From NCBI GenBank assembly GCA_030390025.1, contig CM059433.1, forward strand, positions 23,934,001 through 23,998,000: a DNA stretch of 64,000 nt, in the 5' to 3' direction. Both the position numbers and the translations under genes were made by a program. Under the pieces are notes generated by a model. That model searched no databases. It was given only the letters and a program-made list of their open reading frames with translations, and was not told the origin of the DNA. The stretch comes from Squalus acanthias. Its lineage: Eukaryota. Positions 26,846 to 39,350 of the stretch are shown here, piece after piece (positions within the stretch are counted from its first letter, which is position 1; every line of letters starts with the position of its first letter).

Positions 26846-27417
26846 TTTATAAATAGAGGCATAGAGTACAAAAGCAAGGGAGTTATGCTAAACATTTCTA
26901 AATCACAGGTTAGGCTCCAGCTGGAGTATTGTGTCCAATTCTGGGCAGCACACTTTAGGAAGGCTGATATGGCCTTGGAGAAGGTGCAGAGGAGATATAC
27001 TAGAATGGTATCAGGAATGTGGGACTTCAGTTATGTGGAGAGCCGAGAGAAGCTGGGGTTGTTGTCCTTAGAGCAGAGAAGGTTAAGGGGATATTTAATA
27101 GAGGTGTTCAAAATCATGAAGGGTTTTGATAGAGTAAATAAAGAGAAACTGTTTCCAGTGACAGAAGGGTCAGTAACCAGAACACAGATTTAAGGTGATT
27201 TGCAAAAGAACCAGAGGCGACACAAGGAAACATCAAGATGTGCAGCTGTAATAAAAACAATAGTTGGAAAGTAGCTAGATCTACTAACTGATACAGAGGT
27301 GTGTTTAAAGTCAAGTCACATGCATTAGTTTTATTTGACCTGCCATGATTTGTTGAATTAGTCTCATGGAATTTTTTTGGCGGATCATTCAAGGATGTTC
27401 TTTCTGCTTCACCTTAG

Positions 27418-27514
27418 AATGGATGCTGTCCTCTTTGGTCATTATCGTCTCTCACAAGAAACAGATAACCAAACCAAAGTATTTGTTGTTCTGGCTAAGA
27501 GGAAGAAGGAGGAG
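27418..27514 (+). CDS. FBXO9: FBXO9 coding exon
   Basis: tag|...|gtaggt; [32 protein letters not shown]. Confidence 0.95.
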
Positions 27515-28096
27515 GTAGGTACTGGACGGCTGCAGGACTGGAGATTGCAGCACTCTACACCTAAACAACAGGAAATTATTTTATTTAGAAATCAATGGAC
27601 GTGGCATAAATTTTCTTTAAAATTTGATTGCATAACTTAATGGTTTGAGAAACAATGATTAGAAAGTACTCAAAGAAAAAGAGTAATTATTCATTAGGTT
27701 GGGAATTTTGTTAAGTTGATGCAGACACACATTAAACAACTAACACAATGGTTCAGTGGGCTAGTGTTCAGTGTGATGTGGTACTCACTAAAGACTAAGG
27801 TCCCAAATTCAATCCCTATTCTGTGTTAATTTAGCTGGTGTCTGTTGGAACAGTTGGGCTGCAATTGTCCTCATTGTCAGGTTAGGAAAGTCGGCCTTGA
27901 TATTCCAGATCTTGAGCTTTCTGTACCTAGAAGTGTCTTCATTGGTCAGATTAGCTATATGGTGATAACGACACGAATAGGGAATCAAACCATTGGATCT
28001 GGAATATCTTCAGGCTGACTAACCTAACTGTGACTACTAGTTGGATATTACTTTTGAAAATATTAGTAAAGAGCCAGCTCAAAAAATAGAGACTAA

Positions 28097-28941
28097 GGCC
28101 GCGATTTTATTAATGGAGGCGGGTTGAGTGCGGGACAGCTGGTTTCCGGCTTCCAGTCCCGCCCCCAGCTGCACACGGTCCACAGACCTGATTTTGCCTT
28201 GATTGGCCTTGTTAAGCCACCAGCCAATTAACAGGAAGCGGGTCTGATGACATCATTTGATGATGCGTCATCTGCCGGTTTCCTTAAAGGGATCACGCAC
28301 AATTTTATTTTGATAGTTGATTTCTCAGTATTTGACAGCATTGAGGTGCTGAAAACACTGACAATCATTGCACCCAGGCTCTCCAAAGACTCCCTCCATA
28401 GGCTGGAATAAATGGCAGCTGCAGGTGAGGTGACAGAAGCGATCTGTCACTGGTGAGAGCGGTTCTCCCAATGAGGTGGCACTGGACATGGATTTAAAAA
28501 CTGGTAAGCTAAAGGAATCTGTAAATGTTTAAAAAATGCAGTACCCAATATTTTCTTTGCTCTGAAACTCACCATGTGCAACATTGGATCTTTCACACCA
28601 CTTCTGCAGCTGTCATCATTCCACAAACATTACAGCAGACTCACAACACGCCACACTTACCTGGCGTGGTGTCCGAACGTCGGGAAACCCGAACCAGAAG
28701 CGGCAAAATCCAGAAACAGTCTGGAAACTACTGGCAAGTACCTGTTAATAGGCAGGTAATTGCCTTTAACCTGTTTCCCGCCGCTAGGTGTCGGGCCCAT
28801 TCGCAAATCGGGGACCCGACACTTGGGAAAGCTGTTTGGAGACGGGTTGACAGCGGGATCGGAACCCGCCATCAATCAAAACGAATTTAACCTCTGACCC
28901 GCCTCCAAACCCGCCCTCTGAGCGCTGGCAAAATCGCGGCC
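28097..28941. mobile_element. Harbinger-type MITE (family C-related)
   Basis: TIR GGCCGCGATTTT / AAAATCGCGGCC; flanks TAA and CAA. Confidence 0.8.
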
Positions 28942-29312
28942 CAAGACTAGGAATTTCCTCTGAGCAGCTCATTCTCTGCTGCCATAACATCCTCAGAGGT
29001 GCGAAGGAAATGTGGTTTCTGCTGCACTTCTGGTGAAGTTACGGTGACTGAGCTGGAGCAGCTTCGAGGAAACTCCCAGCCCAGGAAGAGAGATAAAATA
29101 TTCGTGTATTACATTGTATTCCTGTTAAGTTTATATCATTGCAAGTGTTAATGGTAATTTTTTATATTTACTTTATTCTAACTATTGTAAATATGCTGTC
29201 AGGAATTCCTAATAGTTAAAAAAAGGCAAATATCAATCAGCATTTCTCTCCTTTTTAGGAGGAAGTGCTAATTTAAAAATAACTGTGATTTGTTCCTTTT
29301 TTGAAACCGAAG

Positions 29313-29470
29313 GGGCCAGATTATCAGAAATACAGATATTACCGGCGCGCTCCTGCTTCTACTCCTGAGACTGAGCACAGTTTTCACGTGGGATTACAAC
29401 TTTGTTCCAGTGGGCGACAGCGATTTAACAAGCTAGTCTGGCTTCATCACTCATGCCTGATTACCTATAA
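29313..29470 (+). CDS. FBXO9: FBXO9 coding exon
   Basis: aag|...|gtgagt; [53 protein letters not shown]; acceptor position inferred from phase. Confidence 0.9.
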
Positions 29471-29820
29471 GTGAGTATCAGAGTGTGCTGTTGTAGTAAT
29501 TGATATAATTTTATACTAATCATTAATGTGGATATTCCCAGATGTTCACCACTGAGAAACTTAAACTGAGTTTTTCCTCTCTTTTTGAAGGCACTGATTC
29601 TTTCTGGGGTGTGATTCCATGCAGTCAGTTGCCTTCCATTAAGTGTTCATTCTTCATGTGCGCACCTAGACAGTTGGTAGGCTATTCGACAATAGGTTGA
29701 GGAGGCAAAGACATGATTGTTTCCTTACCTGTCATCCAGAGTTGTGTACCTCACAGCAGGAGTCACTGGACAATAACAGTATGAGAATCCAGCATTACAA
29801 AATGCTTCTTTTTCCAAAAG

Positions 29821-31341
29821 ATGCACTGTAATCTGGTGAGGCTAACAGCGCTCACCGTTATTATGGAGTAAATCGGACAGCAATTTCCAGAGTATGCACA
29901 TGCGCAATTAAATGCGGAAATCCGGAAGTTGCAGTCCGAGTTACACTGCTCCTCCACAGGCTGCGCTGCAACAGTACCTCACGGATAGACTCGGCATTGA
30001 AATCAGTGAAGTTGCTGTACTTACCCACTAGTTAGCCACTAAACGCGCCAGAAAAAGTTGGTACATTCAGGTGTAAGTGAATTTTTAATGGCGTGATAAG
30101 CCATAATTACTGCCAAGTAACCTCTCTGGCCCTGAAAATTTTATTTTACAAGTGTGGAGTCTCATTCCTTCAGAATTTAATTAGTATTGGAAAAAAAAAT
30201 TATTAAAATCTCTTAATCCCATTTTTCTTTCCCAATTTTTATTTTGCTTTCTGTACATGATTTAAATCTAATTTATACTTCCTGGTTTAGACTCTGCATG
30301 TCTCAGTGAGGATTCTTCAATCTGATTAGTTGAAGAGCCTCACTGTTGCTTGTCCTGCTCACAGATGCCACAGATCCCCTGTAGAGGGCGCTGCGCTGGA
30401 TCAGACGGCTGATGACAGCAAGGGCTGGATTTTGATCCTGGGGACGGGCTGCAGGCGGGACTCCCACTTTGTGGGTTGTCGTCCCGCCTCCATCGACTTG
30501 TGGCTAACCCACTGTATTTTCACTTGATTGACCTTGTTGAGCCCGCCCAGCGGGCTCAGCAGGCCAATCTAGGGCCACCCGGCAACAGGTGACGTCACAG
30601 ATTGATATTTCATCTGTCAAGAGCTTTTGACAGATGAAATATCAGCGTTTGACAGCTCTGTGAAACTGTCAAACACTGACAATCTGTCTTCTAACTTGAG
30701 TCCTTCCTCTCAGACTGAGTTAGAAATCAATCCAGCACAGAAAACAGAGCTGCAGCTTTTGACAGCTGAACGGCCATTCTGTTTTCGGTGCCGGTGAGAT
30801 TTCTGACTCCCGAGACCTGAAGGGCTGACACCTGCAGGAGGAAGTTAAGGTAAGTAAAATGTTTTTCCACACTTTACACTTACCTTACACACTTACCTCT
30901 GCACACATGCACTCATCACTCACCTGCCCACCGGACATATCGACCCCTCCAACCCCTGCAGACCCACGGCCCGCCCCGATAACTTGGCGTGGTTGGGACC
31001 TGTCGGGAAGCCCACATTTCACGCATAAAAATAGGGATTAGGCAAAAAAACTGCCTGTTAACTACCTGTTAACAGGCAGTTAATTGTCACTAATCCCCTT
31101 CCCGCCTCGGGGAGGGGGGTCCCAGCACAGGTCGGGTACCCACCTCCAGCGAAACTGGCATGGAGGCGGGATGGGGTCGGGACCCCCGAATCTGCAACTT
31201 TAACCCCCCACACGCCTCCACGGGTCAATGAAAATCCAGCCCCAAGTCTCTGCTCAAAAGCCTGCGAAAACTCTGTGGGCAGCTGTCAGCAAAGTGAACG
31301 GCGAGCATTGTTCCTTCGCCGCTGAATGCAAAATCCAGGTC
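29821..31341. mobile_element. Non-autonomous DNA transposon (left TIR eroded) hosting a nested MITE
   Basis: Right end GCAAAATCCAGGTC resembles the MITE TIRs; GC-rich subtermini with an AT-rich core. Confidence 0.55.
30422..31242. mobile_element. Harbinger-type MITE family C, nested
   Basis: TIR GGGCTGGATTTT / AAAATCCAGCCC; TSD CAA; right end nearly identical to the 2588-3320 copy. Confidence 0.85.
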
Positions 31342-31399
31342 CTTTTTTTTCCCCAGTGGTCACTGCCTCAACCACTCCATGTGGAAAAGCAGTGCATGC

Positions 31400-33150
31400 T
31401 CCAACAGCCCTGTGTAAGTAAAATTCTTCTAATACGTCTCCTCCCTGTCTTAGTGATGATTTTAAATTGATGACTCCTCATCAATAACTCCAGAGGAAAT
31501 AGCCTTTCCTTATTCACTCTATCAAAGCCCTTCAAAGTTTTTAAAACCTCTATATAAGTTGTCTCGTAGCCTTTTGCACTCTATGCATCTCATATTTAAA
31601 GATTTGCCATAGCTTATTTGTTGATCTGCTTGCTAAAATGGTCTGCCCAGTTAATTTGAGCCAGATTCATTTTTGTCTTGCTGAACTTTACCTTTTTCAG
31701 TCCAGCAACTTTGCCTGTTTATTGTACTTTTCTATTCTTAAATTGAACCTAACTTTGATGTTGCTATTTTCCAAATGTTTTCTTACTCTCATCAGTTATT
31801 TGCCCCACTTCATTTCCTAGAACTAAATCAAGCAATGCTTCTTTCCTTGTTGGGCTAGAAATACACTCACCTAGGAAGTAAAAAAGGAAAGAAAGACTTG
31901 CATTTCTATAGCGCCTTTCACGACCACCAGACGTCCCAAAGCGCTTTACAGCCAATGAAGTACTTTTTGAAGTGTAGTCACTGTTGTAATGTAGGAAACG
32001 TGGCAGCCAATTTGCGCACAGCAAGCTCCCACAAACAGCAATGTGATAACCAGATAATCTTGTTTTAGTGATGTTGATTGAGGGATAAAGATTGGCCAGG
32101 ACACCGGGGATAACTCCCCTGCTCTTCTTCGAAATAGTGCCATGGGATCTTTTGCATCCACCTGAGAGAGCAGACGGGGCCTCATTTTAATGCCTCATCC
32201 GAAAAGATGGCACCTCCGACAGTGCAGCAGTCCTGGATGTGCTCTCCACTTTGACCAGAGGCATTACTTTTATTCCAGTTCACCATGGGATCATTTAAAT
32301 CACCCAATATTATTGCCTTGCTTTTCTTGCATATCCCTCTGAACTGAAGATCACCACCTCTATTTTGGCTCCACTGTTTGGTGGCCTATAATGCACACCA
32401 AGAAATACACCATTTCCCGTCTTATTTCTTAACTGTCTCCATTTGGATTCTGTCTTAACGCATCCCCCCAGGACATTCTTAAGTTCTAGCACTGTGATAG
32501 AATCCAGTAACACTGCCATTATACACTCCCTTTTTATCCTCTGTCTCTCCTGAAAATGTTATGACCAGGAACACTAAGTTACTAATCTTGTCCAAACTTC
32601 AGCCACTTCTCTATTACAACTACTATATTTGTTAATGATTCCAACACTCCAATTATGTTTTGAATACTTGCGTTCACATACATACCACTCAACCCTGACT
32701 TCAGTTTTTTTTTTAGAGCATTGACCCATTTTCTGATTTCTGGTTTCCTCACTTAATTTTTTGATATGCCTTGCCCTTCTACAACAATGTTTTTATCTCA
32801 CTAGCTCAAATACTTTCCTTTTCACTGATCTTATTTTCTTACTAATTATTTCAGCTAATCCTTTTACTTCTATTCTAATACCTTAATTAATCCTATTCCC
32901 CATCACTAATCTCGCACCGAGACGTTCCCCAAGCCCCTGCCATACTATGTTTAAATCTTCCCCGCTGCTTTTTTCAATCTCTTGGTTCAGGTGAAGTCCA
33001 TTCCATCGGTATAGCTTTCTCCTGTCCCAGAAATCGCTCCAATGCCTCAAGAATGTAATTCCTGCCCTCCTTCAGCCATGCGATGACCACCTTAATCTTT
33101 CTTTTACTAATCCATTCAGCAAGTGGCACAGATAACAATCCAGCAATTAC
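31400..33150 (-). mobile_element. Very decayed CR1 (RT, endonuclease and ORF1-end remnants) with a SINE inserted
   Basis: PTRKEALLDLVLGNE, LGVHYRPPNS, ORF1/ORF2 junction GATTTAAAC at about 32950. Confidence 0.6.
31880..32232 (-). mobile_element. Deu-domain SINE, 5'-truncated
   Basis: Deu core and tail; homologous to the 12905 and 49425 copies. Confidence 0.82.
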
Positions 33151-33530
33151 ATACCTTGAGACAGCACAGATGCAAATGAGAGACGTCATGTAGAGTTGGG
33201 TGTCATCAGCATACATGTGGAAGCTGACTCTGCAAATGTCACCACAGGGAAGTGCGTGGATGAGCGAGGTGGGGGTGGTGGGTGCAAGAATCAATCATCT
33301 GGGAACTCCAATAAGAATCAATCGTTTGGAGTAGGAAGAGAAGTCATTTCTGAAGATGAGCTGGATGCATTGGGACAGTTCGAAGTCATGCAAGAGCAGT
33401 CCCATGGAGCTGTGGAACAGAGGATGGCATGGGTGGCTTTGTCAAACAGGGAAGATGTCATGGGAGATCAGGATGGAAAATGCACCATTGTCACAGTCTC
33501 ATTTGTGACTTTGGCCAAGGGGTTTCGGGT
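33150..33530 (-). mobile_element. L2 LINE RT fragment
   Basis: VSFHMYADDTQLY. Confidence 0.7.
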
Positions 33531-34641
33531 GTGAGCAGGGCTTTGATTTCAGAAGCGCATCACACTACAAGTTCAGAGTCGGTGTAAAGATAATGCGGCT
33601 TGGCATGGACACTAAACTTGTGCACTATACAAGTACAAACTGACTGAAATGAAGCTGAGTGCTAGCCTTGCTCCTCTTCACTTCAGTGTCAGGTCAAGTC
33701 CTAACTCCAGATTCGGGCTGCATTTGCACGATGACTGCAGGGTCAGTGTGATTGCACCCAGAGTTTGAAAACTACAAGTACACTTACAAATTCTGGTGCA
33801 AGAGAGCACAGAGTGCAAATTAATTTTCAAGAAAACTGGATTGAGATTTTTTTATGCAATACAGTATGGATTTTTAAAGGTTTTGTATATAAGATGTCAA
33901 AATAGCAGTTGCTGACTAATTGGTACATTCCAGATAACTTATTTTTTTGAACAATATTCCAGTTACATATTTTCTCTGAACATGATACAAATGGTTTAGA
34001 ATCTGTTGGTGTTCTGTTCCTTAGTTAGCTGTTGACATTTATTTCCTCTTGTGATATAATAATGTAAGAACTTTTGTGTTTATAATACATATAACCATTT
34101 ATTTTTGTTTACCATTTAGTAAAATTGCATGACAAACCATTCTTTTACTGTACCATGTGTCCTTTACACTTACTGCTACATTATTTGCTGCATGCCTTAA
34201 GTTTACCACAATCAGTGTTTTTTAAAAAAGAAGAGAATTAGCTGCTCATCCAAACTATCATTCAAATGATTTAAGTACTTGTTGGCCTACTCACCAAGAA
34301 CATTGGAATGTGAAAACTGTTAAAACAGAAAACTGTGATGGAAGCCTCTGCAGTCAGGAGGATTATTAGTGTATCTGTACTTAACTATTGGTTTAAAGAC
34401 TGAAATGAGCACATGGATATTCATGACAGAAATGCCATTGAAATCTTTTCAAAGTCTTAATAGCTACCAAATCGGCAAAAGAGCTGCAAGCCCCTGTAAC
34501 CAGTGATCTTTGTTGTTCATTTAAAGGTGTCCTGTCTTCATGCTGTAATAATTTCATCATTAATTTTCAGGACAATAAGGACATTCTGCTTTTACAGTAG
34601 AACTTGCAAAATAGGTCTAATTTTTAAAATTATTTTTTTAG

Positions 34642-34750
34642 GTCAACTGGTGAGACTGCTGTTACCACATTTGACATCGATAAAATGTACACACCCTTGT
34701 TCTTTGCTCGTGTGAAGAGCTTTACAGCGTTTGCTGAAACTCCTCTTTAA
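34642..34750 (+). CDS. FBXO9: FBXO9 final coding exon
   Basis: tag|G TCA...; [39 protein letters not shown] (TAA). Confidence 0.96.
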
Positions 34751-35307
34751 TTTGATCCAATCTGTCATTTTAGGTTTAGATTCATGGCAAAGCACTTTTA
34801 TCTTCTACCTTTTGCATGAGTGGAATGACGTTAACTCTACAAGAGGGAGTTGCTTTCAGAGTTTGTATAGGATATTGCTGAATCAGTACATTTTTTCTAA
34901 AGTACTGGGGACATTGCAAGAAAAATAGGTCTGAAATCTCAATCACAGTTTCATTATGTTGTGTCACAGATTGATGTCTTTAAGTGATATGCATAAAGAA
35001 ATTTCAGAGGTCTATAATTAGGCTTGGGCCGTTTAAATATAAATCTTGAGGCTGTTATCATTGCAGGCATTGTTTCAATTTTACCGACAATATATTGGTA
35101 CTATCAGAATTTTTACACTGGGTTACCAGAATGTAACCTTCGGTGAAATGTCTCATTTTTACTACAAATGAAATTATTCATGTTATCTGTGACTTTGCAG
35201 GAAAATAGTCATTGTCTTTTCATGTCTTCTGACTTCAAAGCTTTAATGGATTTAGAGATGTTTTTTATTATTTACTTAAACTGAAATTATGTTTGGATAA
35301 TGAGATA

Positions 35308-35525
35308 AATAAATGTCTTCTTCCAGTTCACTTTGCTGTTTCTTTATTGAATGCTCTCTCTACTACTAAGCTTGTGGCATTTTAAATATGGTGCAAAAAG
35401 CTGGACAATCTACATCTGAGTTTTTCTTAGTTAAGATCCAAAATCTTTCATTATTTGCTGAATCCCCACATACTAGAGGCGTGGATTGGCCAAGTCAATC
35501 TAATGAGGCAATTCACAGGAATAAA
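35308..35525 (+). terminator. Candidate FBXO9 polyadenylation signals
   Basis: AATAAA at 35308-35313 (followed by T-rich sequence) and at 35520-35525; usage unknown. Confidence 0.35.
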
Positions 35526-38001
35526 AGTACATTTAAGAATTTAGCATCATGGTAGATTACATGATTCCCATTTATGCACTCAAAATATCAACATTGCCTC
35601 TTTGAGGGAAAGGGTTCATGGGATTTTTTTTTCTTATTTAAATTCTCACTTTTATTCAGGTTTATTTTATAGCCCATGCAAGTTTTGAATTAAGGATGTT
35701 TCAGTAGTACAGGTGCAGAGTTCCGTTATCAATTGCATTTCTGTGCCCTTAAATTCTTCAAGTATTGTCTCTTTGATGTTTTGGCCTTGCTTACACCAAT
35801 CCTCAAGTGTTTTCAGTGCAGTTGAAGGTCTTTCCAACGACTGACAGACATGACCTACTCCTCCATTGCCTTTGTGCCAGCTGTAAATTTGAGAATTGTG
35901 AAAACTCACTTAACCTCTCCAATGGAGCATAATACAAATGCTGGAAGATTAGCCTTCAGGACTACATGGCATAAACCGTTTGTGTACTGGAAATGAGCGT
36001 CTGAAGCGGAGTTCCATGCACAAATCCTGAAAGCCCAGATATTCCATGTCTGAAAAGCTCATTAAGCTTTTAGCATCAAACTAATATAGAGCTGTATTCA
36101 GAAAGGATTGTACTGTCTTGTTCACTGTAGGTTGAGTATCAAATTTACCTTTAACTCATATAAATTGAGCTTGACCAAGTCTTACCCAGCAAATTGAGGC
36201 ACTTGGTATCAAGAAAACCCTTTTTCCTCATAATACAGGAGCAGCATCAGTCTTTCAAATTCAAGGCCGCCAGCACTGACCAGCTCACCTTAAAGGTGAG
36301 CTGTTCAGCATTTCTGCAATCTGGTGTTTTTTTCTGAGCAAGATTTCCAATTAATGCCAAATTGTGGCATTTTTATGCTGTAAATATATGTCCACTAAAA
36401 ATTGGATTGAGACTGCCAATACTTCTGGCCTTTTGAGGTTGACAGAGAAGAGATTTTCATCTGATCAGTTTGAATCCAGAACAGTATGCCATTCACTGCT
36501 CTCCAGAATTATTGTTGCTGTGCTTCTGATGAATAATGTGGCATTGGCTTAGTAAATGGTCAGAATGGCACTCGAAGAGCTTGTTCTCTTATTGCTATCG
36601 TTATGCCATTTAATAAGCATCTAACAACAGCTATTTTATTACATTTTGGACAGTACAGTTTTGATTAAAAGAAAACAAGCCACCTTCATTAATTTAGAAC
36701 AAGTGGTAGCATGTTGCAACAAACTAAAGGTAAAAGGAAACCAGTATGAACTCTGGCCCTAACTAAGGTTAAATTCAGCAGGAACTTTAGAATATATTTT
36801 AAAACATAGCTTTACTTGATGGTGTTCAGCTAGTAACACAACACGTATAACTTTATCCATGTAGATATGTTTAATGGCATCACTAACTATATGAACACTA
36901 TTTTCAGGCTGACACTGACATTTAATAACATTTTCATAAAATACATTGTAAAATTCAAAATTAAGTGATGTAATAAAACTACACAAAGCAAAGTACTTGT
37001 AATCAAAAAAAAGGCACAGAGGCAAACATTTGTTTAAAAAGTGATATATCTCCCTCTTATTAAGGTGGAAAATTTAAAAGACTGGCCTGTCTATTTTTGC
37101 TGTCTCTGGCAATCAAAAATGACCCCTGTATTCAAACATAACATGAGTCAGGTGTAGTGATAAGAGCACTTGTGACCCCAGTAAAGAATTACCCCAAAGG
37201 GCATCCTTTCACATGTACTCTGGGAATACAATTTTCCAAATATTTATTGGGTTTTTATACAGAGAACATTCAGATAGGGATAGATATGTACTCTTGATTC
37301 TTTAGCTTTTTGAATATCAACCATGCAAAGGCTTGATTTAGCACTTTACCTTCCGCACAAAACAAGCTATTAATGCACTATAATTAGTTTAATTCTATGG
37401 TAACTTGTCTGAAAAGTAGGAAACATTAGTTGCACCGTACATCCCATGTAGAAGTAACAAATGTCAGCCATTTTCACGTGTAGATGAATATCGTCGCAGT
37501 TTATATACATTAATGAACTGAAGGAGTGAAGGTTATACAGTATTTGTAATATACTAAATTTCATAGAAATTTGATCATAACACATTTGTCAATGTTAATG
37601 ATGTGTTTCACAAAATATGCTGCAGAATGTCATACAGGGTACCAGCAAGAACTCTAACCCAATCATTGTTGATACACTGCAAACATGCTACTATAGTTCT
37701 CAAGCTCCTATTGAGTTACTGTTTTCAATAGTCTTTCATATGAAGCTGATATAATTTCACCCAATATTTACCATAAAATCTAGAGCAGAAATGTCAGCAA
37801 GATTGAACCCATATTTGATAGTCACTTTTTTTGATTTTCTTTAAATAGCATTTAAGTGTATTTTATGCTAGAGTTGATGTAAAAACATACGGTTGGAATG
37901 TTAAATATCTTTCAGTTCATAGATGTTTTAGTTAAGAATCAATACATTTCTGCCCTCCACATTTTCTATAACAGTTGATGATGATTGTCTCTGAAGAGAC
38001 C

Positions 38002-38595
38002 CTAAACTGGATATATGGCAGCAGGAACATAGGTGCTGTTCTGATTTTGCAGGAACATAGCATCATATAGATAATCACTATATTCATCCAGGTTGGGCTT
38101 AGAGGTCTGGTACATGGTTTTGTTCATGTTGTTTATTGAAGTTTGTGCATTCTGTGTTGGGTCTCTGAAGTTCTTGGGACTGGCAGCTTCATTGCAAGGA
38201 TCTGAAGAACCTTGAGAATATCTAATAAAAGAGTTGCTGTAAGCAGTCTTTCCCAATGTAATTTTATTCCAGTTGGGATACTCTCCACACTCAAAATTTG
38301 TATTGCAGTTTGCTCCGGGGCCACTATAATTCCCAGGATTATGGCACCCTCCACTAAATTGTGTGCATCTACCATAGAATCTGCTAATATCCATTTCGCA
38401 ATGCGGATCATAAAGATAGGTGGGCTTTCCAAGGTCATGCCTATTCGTATATGATAGACATGGATTACCAGAGATGTTCTCAACTGCTACACATTCTTCC
38501 AGGTTTCCATTTACATAGAGATTGGACAAAATACTTTTTGGATTAGAGGTAAATGCTGGCTGAGATCCTTCACGTTCAGTTGCACCTGTTATCGG
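38002..38595 (-). CDS. GCM1: GCM-family transcription factor, final coding exon (C-terminal region)
   Basis: tttgttcag| acceptor in phase 0 with the preceding GCM exon; 197 open codons, Ser/Asn/Tyr-rich; WNKITLGK resembles recalled GCM1 WSKNAALGR. Confidence 0.8.
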   Translation of the reverse strand, partial: PITGATEREGSQPAFTSNPKSILSNLYVNGNLEECVAVENISGNPCLSYTNRHDLGKPTYLYDPHCEMDISRFYGRCTQFSGGCHNPGNYSGPGANCNTNFECGEYPNWNKITLGKTAYSNSFIRYSQGSSDPCNEAASPKNFRDPTQNAQTSINNMNKTMYQTSKPNLDEYSDYLYDAMFLQNQNSTYVPAAIYPV

Positions 38596-38649
38596 CTGAA
38601 CAAACAAAATGTTGTTTAATAATTAACAATCTGGCATACAATTTAGAAC

Positions 38650-39350
38650 AATGACAACTTGCATTTATATAGCATCTTTCATGTAAAAGAACTTCGCAAA
38701 CTGCTTCACAGAGCCAAAGGGAGATATTGGGAGAGGTAATGAAAAACCTGGTTAAAAAGGTAGATTTTAAGAAGGGTCTTAGAAGGAGAGGAAGGTGGAG
38801 AGGCAGAGGGTTTCGGGAGGGATTTCCAGAGCGTGTGGCCTGGGAAGCCGAAGGGAGGGGGGATGCATAAAAGGCCAGAGTCAGAAGAATGGAGACTTGT
38901 GTGTGCGGGGGGGCGAGTGTTGTTGGGTTGGAGGAGGTTACAAAGAAAGGGAGGGAGGGAGAGAGAGAGAGGCCATGAAGGGATTGCAGCATGAGGATGA
39001 AAATTTAAAGTTTGAGGCATTGGGGGGACTGAAAATTAATATGTCAGCAAGGATGGAGGTGATGGGCAATTGGGACTTGATGTGGGATAGAATACAGACA
39101 GCAAAGTTTTGGCTGAGTTAAAGTTTATGAAGGATGGGATATGAGAGGCTGGCTAGGAGAGCATTGGAATAATCAGGTTTGGTGGTGACAAAAAAGCATG
39201 GATGAAGACTTCAGTGGCAAATGGGCTGAGGTAGGGGTGAAGGCAGGTGATGTTAGAGGTGGAAGTAGGCAATGATTGCGAAGGAGAGGACAGTCCAAAC
39301 AGTGCATAAGATGAACGAACACTGATCAGTTTGATTCCATAACTCATGTA
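38650..39350 (-). mobile_element. L2 LINE 3' end
   Basis: Tail GCTATATAAATGCAAGTTGT on - strand; purine-rich L2 3' body; IHAF remnant. Confidence 0.75.

Larger units (their letters stand above)
26076..27230 (+). mobile_element. CR1 LINE RT fragment interrupted by a Penelope-like insertion
   Basis: [27 protein letters not shown]; the host reading resumes after the TSD. Confidence 0.9.

Noticed and set aside
38133..38483. Alternative-frame ORFs overlapping the last GCM exon
   Set aside because: Only the 38002-38595 frame has an in-phase acceptor with the upstream GCM exon
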